Under the pieces are notes generated by a model that was not told the DNA's origin, did no database searches, and was given only the letters and a program-made list of their open reading frames with translations. Position numbers and translations under genes: made by a program. Shown piece by piece: positions 39,360 through 47,481 of a DNA stretch of 64,000 bases (position 1 is its first letter; each line of letters starts with the position of its first letter). This DNA comes from Actinomycetota bacterium. Lineage in GTDB: Bacteria; Actinomycetota; Humimicrobiia; Humimicrobiales; Humimicrobiaceae. The stretch lies in NCBI GenBank assembly GCA_051744345.1, contig JBNJCW010000003.1:196-64195 (forward strand), written 5' to 3'.

Positions 39360-40076
39360 TCAAACCTTTTTTAAGTCTTCCATAATTTGTTTTATATGGT
39401 TTCTCATGGCCATCTCCGAACCGCTAACATCCATGAGGCGTATCTTACGGTATATTTCCTTGTGCCACCTTATTCCCCTTTTAGGCGAGCCCGGAACCTT
39501 GGAAGTAGTCTTAATCCCCTCTATGAACAAATCAAATATAAAATTGAATATGCTGGCCAATACATTATTCCTGCTGCATTTGGCAATAGTACGGTGAAAT
39601 TCATAATCTTCAAGGTAGTAAAGTTCGTAATTTTTCTCTTTTAGATACTTTCTGGAGTTTTCCAGGTGTTTTTTCAATTTCTGAAGGTCGCAATTCCCTA
39701 CATTCTTGGTAGCTTCCTTTATGGCCTCGCTCTCTAAAATCATCCTTATCTTCAGCAGATCCAACAACTCATCCTTATCTAAAGAAACCCTTAAATTTAC
39801 AGGATTTAGTATTGATTCTAAAGAAATTGGTGATACATATGCGCCCTTTCCATGTTTTATGTCCACTATTTTAGACAGGCTTAAGGCCTGCATAGCTTCC
39901 CTTATGCAGCTCCTTCCAACTTTTAGTTTCCTGGAGAGTTCTCGCTGGGAATCAATCTTATCACCCGGTTTTAGCTCACCTTTTTTTATCTGGTATATTA
40001 TCTCATCGATTACTGCCTGTACCAGGCTTTTATTTTTTTCTGGTTTTATGTCTGTTATGCTCATAATTATGGTCAA
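39360..40076 (-). CDS. GntR-family transcriptional regulator (FadR-like C-terminal domain)
   Basis: 238 aa with an N-terminal winged helix-turn-helix ...GDKIDSQRELSRKLKVGRSCIREAMQAL. Confidence 0.75.
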   Translation of the reverse strand: MTIIMSITDIKPEKNKSLVQAVIDEIIYQIKKGELKPGDKIDSQRELSRKLKVGRSCIREAMQALSLSKIVDIKHGKGAYVSPISLESILNPVNLRVSLDKDELLDLLKIRMILESEAIKEATKNVGNCDLQKLKKHLENSRKYLKEKNYELYYLEDYEFHRTIAKCSRNNVLASIFNFIFDLFIEGIKTTSKVPGSPKRGIRWHKEIYRKIRLMDVSGSEMAMRNHIKQIMEDLKKV

Positions 40077-40145
40077 TAAATATTCTGTGATTAGTATACA
40101 AAAAATACCGCTTTTATAGAAGAGACCTATAATATTTTAACCATA

Positions 40146-40874
40146 TTAGATGTTCATGCAAAGACCGTCTTTAGCAATTTCTACATCTACCTTTCCTCCG
40201 GCATACTCCAGGAGTTTCTGGGCAAGTTTTTCTTTGTCCATGGTTACTATCTGTTTACCGCAATGGGTTATTATCAACTTCGGGATGCCGTATTTTATGC
40301 ACCAGCCAATTATGGTTTTTACCCTGGTATGGCCAAACAGCCTCCCCTCTTTTTTTCTCACCATATTGATGTTAAGGCTTGAACCGTCCGCAATAAGGGC
40401 ATCAGTTTCGGCAATCACTTCCCCCTTATCCTCTTTCGTATCAATAAGGTCCGGCGCATAAACTATCTTTTTATCTCCGGTTATTTTATAGCATACAGCA
40501 GGGCACCTTAAGGAATGTATAACATTGTAGGCAGTTATATTAAGACCGCCTATACTAAAGCTTTTTCCGGCATTGATTATCTTATAGCTTAAAGGCCTGT
40601 TTTTACTGTAACCGAGGGTTTCTCCGGTAAGATAGACAGGGATATTGACCCTTTTTTCATCCTCCAGGGTCCATATGTAATGGTCCGGATGGGCATGGGT
40701 TATAAGCAGGGCATCAAAGCTGTTAACTTCGCTATCCAGGGCCGGGTTATGCTTCTGCCCAAAATCGATTAATATATTTGCTCTGCCCGACTGGACAACC
40801 AGAGAAGAGTGGTACCTGTGGTATGGGCTGCTCTCTTCAATTTCACCCCTGGTTCCAGGAAAACGGAGAATCAT
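40146..40874 (-). CDS. MBL-fold metallo-hydrolase
   Basis: 242 aa with the HAHPDH motif. Confidence 0.65.
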   Translation of the reverse strand: MILRFPGTRGEIEESSPYHRYHSSLVVQSGRANILIDFGQKHNPALDSEVNSFDALLITHAHPDHYIWTLEDEKRVNIPVYLTGETLGYSKNRPLSYKIINAGKSFSIGGLNITAYNVIHSLRCPAVCYKITGDKKIVYAPDLIDTKEDKGEVIAETDALIADGSSLNINMVRKKEGRLFGHTRVKTIIGWCIKYGIPKLIITHCGKQIVTMDKEKLAQKLLEYAGGKVDVEIAKDGLCMNI

Positions 40875-40936
40875 CTTATATGTCCTGAAAATATTATAAG
40901 CATAGCAATGATTTTATCACAAAGATGACCCATTTA

Positions 40937-41578
40937 TTAATTTTTTTGCTTAAATTCTTCCCACTTGCCCAATATCTTAAGCACCTCTTCATCCGATACG
41001 TCATACCAGTTTTTATAGACCTGGGCTACAGCCCTGAAATTCACCGGCTTTTCCAGAACCACCACTTCATCAACCAGGCTTGATATTTCCCGGGCAGCTT
41101 CTGCGGAAGATACAGGCACTGCTACCACTATTTTGCCTACCCTCTGGTTACTGCAGTATTTTATAGAAGCGCGCATGGTTGAACCCATTGCCAGGCCGTC
41201 ATCTACCAGTATCACCGTTTTACCGGAGATATCCGGCAGCGGTTTTGATGCCCGCAGCTTGCTTATCCTTCTTTCTATTTCCTGGTATTGCTGCTCCTTG
41301 ATTTCTTCTATTTCCCCTGCAGCCAGCCAGGCAGATGCCTGGCTTATTATAAAGGTGCTGCCATCCTCTGAAATTGCGCCAAAGCCGGATTCAGGGTTAT
41401 GAGGAAATGGAAGCTTACGGGATATAAGCAAATTAAAATCAGCATTGAGGTATTTGGCTACTTCAAACCCCACCTCCACTCCTCCCTTGGGTATAGCCAG
41501 CACAACCACCCCTCTATCTTTATACTTCTCCAATGATTTTGCCAGTTTTCTGCCTGCATCTTTCCTGTCTTTGAACAA
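40937..41578 (-). CDS. Phosphoribosyltransferase-family protein
   Basis: 213 aa. VILVDDGLAMGSTM is a PRPP-binding motif. Confidence 0.6.
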   Translation of the reverse strand: MFKDRKDAGRKLAKSLEKYKDRGVVVLAIPKGGVEVGFEVAKYLNADFNLLISRKLPFPHNPESGFGAISEDGSTFIISQASAWLAAGEIEEIKEQQYQEIERRISKLRASKPLPDISGKTVILVDDGLAMGSTMRASIKYCSNQRVGKIVVAVPVSSAEAAREISSLVDEVVVLEKPVNFRAVAQVYKNWYDVSDEEVLKILGKWEEFKQKN

Positions 41579-41925
41579 TTCTACCTCCTCGCGGTATATT
41601 CCATTCCTGGATCAGGTATAACCTGGTACGCAAAGCAAATATTTAATGTAATTTTTACATCTAAGTATTTTTTTAAAAAGCTTATTTGCATCCGACACAC
41701 CTGCTGTTTCCGCAACCCTGTCTAAGCATACTATTAATATAATCTTTCCTTCTTTTATTATAATTTAGACGAAAACAGTATTCAATCATCAGAGGATTAG
41801 CAATACCAGGAATTTTTACGCCCGAAAGTAAACAGTGAGGTACCTATTATTTAGAAAATCATCCCATGCCCGGCAGCCATTTAAGTCCTCTAAACACCGC
41901 AAACACCTTATGCAAACAATTCAAA

Positions 41926-43161
41926 TCAGGGGTCCTGGAAGCCGAACCCTAACTTATGTTTACAGATATTGAATTTCTCAAACAGCTCATCCCTGCTCCT
42001 GCCCCCCAGATTTATAATCGCATACAGGTAGCTGCCAATATCCTGCATAAAACAGGACAGCCGCCTGCCCTGCTGGCCATATACCTCTATCCTTGCTTCA
42101 GGAAATAATTCTTTTACCTCTTCTACTTCCTGCGGCCCGGGTAATCTGGATACAATTTTGTCCCTGAATGTCCTTAATGCAAAACTGGAAGCAAAACCAT
42201 ATTTGCCCCGGTTAGACTTGATTGGTTTTTTGCCCAGGGCTATATCCAGCTGTATCTGGTATGTATTGGCTCCATTAACTTTTTCCATCAGGTCTGCAAA
42301 CTGCGAACACATCCGGGGATTGATCTCTATTATATTTAACTGTTTGCTTCTGGGGTTATAAATAAATTCAATATTGAATATGCCATTATCAAAACCTATG
42401 TGGTTAAGTGCTTTACGTGAAATATCTGCCATTTGCTGTTTAATTCTATCACTAACCCTGGAAGGATAATCGAAACGCTTAAAACTTATGGTATTCGGAT
42501 ACATTATTGAATCCGTTACTCCAATAACTTCAAACTTACCATTAAATATATAGCCCTCCAGGGTTGCCTGGCTGCCTTCCAAAAGCTTTTCTGCAATAAG
42601 GTAATTGCCGTCAAGGTTTAGCGGGGTGTAGGTTTCAATCAACTTGTTAAAAGGCTTCATGAAACCAGAAAAGTGGCATTTGCAGCTATCCAGGAAATCC
42701 ATGTACTGGCCATAGCTGTCAATCCTTCTTGCAAATATGGAAAAAAATGATTTAACTGGTTTTAGGAAAAAAGGCGGTTCCAAAGGAAGCCTTACGGCCT
42801 TAAATGGATCCACTAACTTAAATTCTGGTACTGCTCCGGGTACAACCTCTTTTTGATATAACCGGGAGTAATACTTATGCTGGCATAACATATTGGTTAA
42901 AATATCAAGCGAAGGAAGGTCCAGCTTCCGGGCAATTGCACTGGCAATAATTGAGCTGGGATAATCATGTGTGCCAATAACAGCTTCTATGTTTTCACAG
43001 CCTGCAAGGGCTGTGATTTTGTCCACAAAAGCTACAGGGTCAAAGCAACCCAGACTTTCCCTTGGGTTGCTTCCGGCAAACAAGAAATTATATTGACCTC
43101 CCAAACCAGGCAGTTCCCTGTAATCCCTTTGGGTAGGGCATACAACCAATACATTCTTCAT
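41926..43161 (-). CDS. ATP-grasp domain protein
   Basis: 411 aa. ...IEFIYNPRSKQLNIIEINPRM... is ATP-grasp core. Confidence 0.5.
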   Translation of the reverse strand: MKNVLVVCPTQRDYRELPGLGGQYNFLFAGSNPRESLGCFDPVAFVDKITALAGCENIEAVIGTHDYPSSIIASAIARKLDLPSLDILTNMLCQHKYYSRLYQKEVVPGAVPEFKLVDPFKAVRLPLEPPFFLKPVKSFFSIFARRIDSYGQYMDFLDSCKCHFSGFMKPFNKLIETYTPLNLDGNYLIAEKLLEGSQATLEGYIFNGKFEVIGVTDSIMYPNTISFKRFDYPSRVSDRIKQQMADISRKALNHIGFDNGIFNIEFIYNPRSKQLNIIEINPRMCSQFADLMEKVNGANTYQIQLDIALGKKPIKSNRGKYGFASSFALRTFRDKIVSRLPGPQEVEEVKELFPEARIEVYGQQGRRLSCFMQDIGSYLYAIINLGGRSRDELFEKFNICKHKLGFGFQDP

Positions 43162-43218
43162 TTGTGTACATCATAAATTAAAAAAAGAAAAATTTCTAAA
43201 AAAATATCATTTTTTATA

Positions 43219-43247
43219 TTGACATACTTCAATGATTTTGCTATATT
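43219..43247 (+). promoter_or_regulatory. Sigma70-type promoter (TTGACA - 17 nt - TATATT)
   Basis: Consensus -35 TTGACA at 43219-43224, a 17 nt spacer, and a -10 TATATT at 43242-43247, about 260 nt upstream of ilvE. Confidence 0.55.
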
Positions 43248-43253
43248 TAAAAT

Positions 43254-43430
43254 TGTCTCAGGGAAGGAGGCAACATCCGAAAATAGCTGAAATTAACTTC
43301 CGAAAGGAAGAAGTAAAGTAAGTTAAAGTTTCGGAAGTACCTAAGAAAAGTCCTGAGGCAAGACCCCAAGATGTTAAGTAGCCTAAGGGAAGCTAAGGCG
43401 AAAGATAACTTGGGGTTCTTTTTTTATCCC
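43254..43430 (+). ncRNA. Structured 5' leader or attenuator of ilvE; class unknown, not a recognisable T-box
   Basis: ACTTCCGAAA at about 43295 can pair either locally (CTTCC-GAAA-GGAAG hairpin) or with TTTCGGAAGT at about 43329. A terminator stem GACCCCAAG...CTTGGGGTT followed by TTCTTTTTTTAT ends about 75 nt before the ilvE ATG. Confidence 0.4.
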
Positions 43431-43504
43431 CCTTCATTTCAATTGCAAAAACAATTCAAAATAAGTAAAATATTAAAAATTAAATATTTATTAAGGGGCA
43501 GGCA

Positions 43505-44425
43505 ATGGATAAACCCGGATACGCTTTTTTTAATGGTAAGATTGTACCCATAAACCAGGCCAAGGTGGATATAAGAACCAATTCCTTACAGTATGGTACT
43601 GCTGTTTTTGAAGGAATAAGAAGTTACTGGAACCAGCAGGCGAAAAAAAGCTACATCTTCAGGATGGAAGATCACTTCAAGCGTTTTGCCGAAAGTGCTA
43701 AGATTTTAATGATAGAGCTGAAATACTCCATCGGGCAGTTATCTGAGATAACCATTGAACTTTTGAAGAAAGAAGGATACAGGGAAGATTCCTATATAAG
43801 GCCGTTTGCCTATAACAGCGGGCTGAACATAGGCCCCAAGCTGGTAGGTAACCCGCAGGATGTATTTATATACAGCATCCCCCTTGGAGATTATTTGGAA
43901 ACCAGCAAACCAATACATGTCTGTACCTCCTCCTGGACCAGGATCAGCGATAACAGCATCCCTCCCAGGGCCAAGATATCCGGGTCCTATGTTAACGCTG
44001 CTTTACAAAAGACAGAAGCCCTGCTTAACGGTTTTGATGAAGCAATTGTGCTGACCTCTGACGGCCAGCATGTCAGTGAAGGCAGTGCCATGAATATATT
44101 CATGGTTAGAAACGATACCCTGGTTACTCCCCCTATTGTAGATGACATACTTGAAGGGATAACCAGAAACTCGATTATAGAAATTGCTGACAATGAGCTG
44201 GGCCTGGAAGTGATACAGAGATCAATAGACCGCACGGAGCTATACACCGCCCATGAATTGTTTTTCTGCGGAACCGGCGCACAGATATCACCAATTGGCT
44301 CTGTTGACAAAAGGACTGTAGGTGAAGGCAGCATGGGGAAAATAACCAGAAAGCTGCAGGACCTTTATTTTAGGATAGTAAAAAATGAAATGGAAAAATA
44401 TTCCTCCTGGTGCACGGAAGTTTAA
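43505..44425 (+). CDS. ilvE: Branched-chain amino acid aminotransferase (class IV)
   Basis: 306 aa. Features are FFNGKIVP...QYGTAVFEGIRSY, the PLP-lysine region and a class IV fold. Confidence 0.85.
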   Translation: MDKPGYAFFNGKIVPINQAKVDIRTNSLQYGTAVFEGIRSYWNQQAKKSYIFRMEDHFKRFAESAKILMIELKYSIGQLSEITIELLKKEGYREDSYIRPFAYNSGLNIGPKLVGNPQDVFIYSIPLGDYLETSKPIHVCTSSWTRISDNSIPPRAKISGSYVNAALQKTEALLNGFDEAIVLTSDGQHVSEGSAMNIFMVRNDTLVTPPIVDDILEGITRNSIIEIADNELGLEVIQRSIDRTELYTAHELFFCGTGAQISPIGSVDKRTVGEGSMGKITRKLQDLYFRIVKNEMEKYSSWCTEV

Positions 44426-47400
44426 GGCATACAGAAATCCCTGTAGCCGCAATAACTGCATGATTTACCCCTATGGCGGTTAAATCGGCCAGCATTTATG
44501 CACTCAATCGCAGAGAGCAAAATGTCTTTAAAATCCGCAACAGCCTCCGGCTTAAAATGGTATTCGGAAACCGACAGATCTTCCATATAAAAAAGGCAGG
44601 CTTTGATTCGAAAGATACTGCACCCGTAAACATCCGAACAGGCCATGGCATAAGCTTTAAGTTGATTTATGTGGGTTGGGTTTTCCTTGAGCGGCTTTTT
44701 TGAAACCTTGTAATCAATTATCCTGTATTTTGCGCTTCCAAGATATTCGAGCCTATCTATTTTGGAAGTAATGATAAAATCATTAAGTTTATGGTAAATT
44801 AGCTGCTCCAGCCAGATCTTTTCTGTACCGGATAAATTAAAAAAAACACTTTGCATGTATCCCTCAGCATAGGGCTTTAAATTTTTTTGTTTGATGGCTG
44901 CCAGCAGCCTGTCCTTTCCCAAATCCTTATACATTACCTTAAGCCTGGTTATTTTTTCTATCAGGGAATGCACCTCTTCACCTTTTTTAAGGGATTGGCT
45001 GTATTTTTCGGGTATATTATGGATGTATTTGCATTCATAGAGTACCGGACACCGCACATAGGTCAAAAGGGAGGTAAGTGAGAAAACTCTCTGGCTCCTC
45101 TTTAGGCTGTCCCGGGCAGGGATATCTGTTTTTTGGGCTGCCGGCTTGACTCTGGCAGAATCTCTCAATAAATTTTCATTTGCTTTCTCCCAGTCTATAT
45201 CCGGGATATTGATTTTTTTGCCTCCTCCCAGGAATTTATAAAAATCATCTCTTGCAGCTTGCTTGTCTTCGCCATTAAAACCCATTGACTCAATACATCT
45301 TAAGCTCTCATTATCCAGTACTTTCAGATCTTTGGAGGCCAGCGCATCCATTATAAAGGGCACTATCTTTTTTTCGGACTTTCCTTGTGCCTGGTCATAA
45401 TGGTTCCGGTAGTCGCTGTGTGAGAGCACCAGCAGCCTTTTAGCTCTGCTGCAGGCTACATAAAATATCCTCCTTTCTTCCTCGGTCTTCATCTTCTTTA
45501 GCTCTTCTTTAAATGCTTTCTGGCTGGTGTATTCTTTTTTCCTGGCCCATACTTCATTATCCTTCCTGAGCTCGGCAGGCATACTGTATTTTTGGCTATC
45601 CCCCCTGCCCAGATAATCGTTTCTCCACAGCATAGGAAGAAAGACTGCGTCAAACTCCAGGCCTTTGGCTGCATGTATGCTCATTACCTTGACCGAATCC
45701 TCACCAGACAGCTCCAGTGATTCCGGTCCCTCAAAATCAGTTTTGGCAACCTCCCGGAGATAGGTATTAAAACTCTCTAGACTGCTCTCCCTGAAATTGT
45801 CCTCAAAATCATTGGTGATCTTTATCAAAGCCTCAATATTCTTAATCTTTTTTTTACAGCCCACATTAAAACTTGATTTAAGCTCATCCCTTAAGCCGCT
45901 ATGTTCATATATCAAGCTTACCAGCTCTCTCAGCCTCAGGCTGTATGATTTCCGGATATAATACTTAAGCTCGTTTAAAAAAGAAGATAACCTGTCCTTA
46001 GCTTCTTTGCTGATATGGGGATTGTGTATGCTTTTTTCTATTCCCCCTATCAGTCTGACCGGCTTGCCGTTTTTAAAATCCCTTTTAACGAAGAAAAGGT
46101 CCCGGTCACAAATCCTGTACCTATCCGATTTTAAAAGGTAAAACAGATATATTTCATCATACAGGTCATAGATTACATACAGCCAGGAGATTATGAAGAG
46201 TATCTCTTTTTCAAAGTAGAAGCTCTTACTGCCCACAATCTCATATTTTAAGCCACTGAGGTCCAGGTACCTGGTAACGGCATCAAATTTTTTCCGCCTG
46301 CAGAGTATGGCTATATTTTTCAGCCTCATCCCCTGTTCCCTGAGTTCTTTTATGGTGCCGGCAATCCTTTCAGCTTCCTGTTCATGGGTGGGACAGTAAA
46401 AAAATACTGCTTCTGATAGGGGGCTTTTTGGAGCTGGCTTTAACATTTTATCGAAACGGTTCTCATTAGCGGATATTATATTATTTATAACTCCTATAAT
46501 ACTCTTGCCCGACCTGAAATTAGTGGTCAGGTAGAAGTCCGAAACCCTGCTGCCCCTGAATGCTTCCCACCGGTGGAAATTGAGTATGTTCTCCACACAG
46601 GCGCCCCGGAAAGCATATATGCCCTGGTCGTCATCTCCAACCACCATTATGTTTACCTTTCGGTTATTCAATAGAGCCAGCAGGTATGCCTGGGCCATAT
46701 TCGTATCCTGGAACTCATCAACAAAAATATACCTGTACCTTTCCGTGTATTTATCTCTTACGGAAACATTGCTTTTCAGAAGGTTATAAGGGAGGTATAC
46801 CTGGTCCTGATAATCAATACAGTTGCCCTCCTTCTTTAGCTCCTCGTATTGGCGGTAGATAAAACAAAGCTCCCCCTGAAGGCTGACAGCCTGCTTTTCT
46901 TCTCTTAAAAGCGCAGCACTCTTATAATCTCCAAGGTACTCAAGGTAGTTTTCTACATAGTTTTCAAGATCCGGAGGGGTTATGAGGTTGTTTTTCAAGG
47001 TATCTATATAGGAGAGTATCTCCTGTACCGTTTTGCCCGGGGTCTTTCCTATATCCAGATACCTGAACTTATAATTTTTAAATATATCATATATAATCTG
47101 CCAGGTTTCTGCGCTGCTTAGCACCCTGAAGTCTTTACCCACCGATAGCTGGAGGCTGTTTTCCTTAACTATCTGGTTGCCAAAGGAATTAAAAGTATAA
47201 ATATCTATCCGGTCCGGCGAAATATCCTGTATGTTTTCTCTTATTCTGACCCTCATATTATCTGCTGCATTCCTGGTAAAGGTCAGGGCAAGAATTTCAG
47301 AGGGCCGGCACAAAGACTGCCTTAGCACACTTATTATTCCCCTGGTTATGACCCAGGTTTTCCCGGAGCCCGCACATGCAATTACCCTTTTAATATCAGC

Positions 47401-47481
47401 TTTGCCCTCTATTACCGCCTGCTGCTCTTCTGTTGGTTTTATCTCATCCATAGAACCCTTCACACAGTATTTTAAAATCAC
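44422..47481 (-). CDS. UvrD-type helicase fused to a C-terminal PD-(D/E)XK nuclease with a 4-Cys (AddB/Cas4-like) cluster; AddAB/AdnAB-like subunit
   Basis: 1019 aa. The Walker A is ACAGSGKTWV and motif II is FVDEFQDTN. The C-terminal region has CPVLYEC ... IIDYK ... CSYCGYRDFC. Confidence 0.75.
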   Translation of the reverse strand: MILKYCVKGSMDEIKPTEEQQAVIEGKADIKRVIACAGSGKTWVITRGIISVLRQSLCRPSEILALTFTRNAADNMRVRIRENIQDISPDRIDIYTFNSFGNQIVKENSLQLSVGKDFRVLSSAETWQIIYDIFKNYKFRYLDIGKTPGKTVQEILSYIDTLKNNLITPPDLENYVENYLEYLGDYKSAALLREEKQAVSLQGELCFIYRQYEELKKEGNCIDYQDQVYLPYNLLKSNVSVRDKYTERYRYIFVDEFQDTNMAQAYLLALLNNRKVNIMVVGDDDQGIYAFRGACVENILNFHRWEAFRGSRVSDFYLTTNFRSGKSIIGVINNIISANENRFDKMLKPAPKSPLSEAVFFYCPTHEQEAERIAGTIKELREQGMRLKNIAILCRRKKFDAVTRYLDLSGLKYEIVGSKSFYFEKEILFIISWLYVIYDLYDEIYLFYLLKSDRYRICDRDLFFVKRDFKNGKPVRLIGGIEKSIHNPHISKEAKDRLSSFLNELKYYIRKSYSLRLRELVSLIYEHSGLRDELKSSFNVGCKKKIKNIEALIKITNDFEDNFRESSLESFNTYLREVAKTDFEGPESLELSGEDSVKVMSIHAAKGLEFDAVFLPMLWRNDYLGRGDSQKYSMPAELRKDNEVWARKKEYTSQKAFKEELKKMKTEEERRIFYVACSRAKRLLVLSHSDYRNHYDQAQGKSEKKIVPFIMDALASKDLKVLDNESLRCIESMGFNGEDKQAARDDFYKFLGGGKKINIPDIDWEKANENLLRDSARVKPAAQKTDIPARDSLKRSQRVFSLTSLLTYVRCPVLYECKYIHNIPEKYSQSLKKGEEVHSLIEKITRLKVMYKDLGKDRLLAAIKQKNLKPYAEGYMQSVFFNLSGTEKIWLEQLIYHKLNDFIITSKIDRLEYLGSAKYRIIDYKVSKKPLKENPTHINQLKAYAMACSDVYGCSIFRIKACLFYMEDLSVSEYHFKPEAVADFKDILLSAIECINAGRFNRHRGKSCSYCGYRDFCMP

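Noticed and set aside
43250-43450. T-box riboswitch upstream of ilvE.
   Set aside because: No match to the T-box antiterminator consensus (AGGGTGGNACCGCG) or a specifier-loop context. It is reported as an unclassified attenuator-like leader instead.
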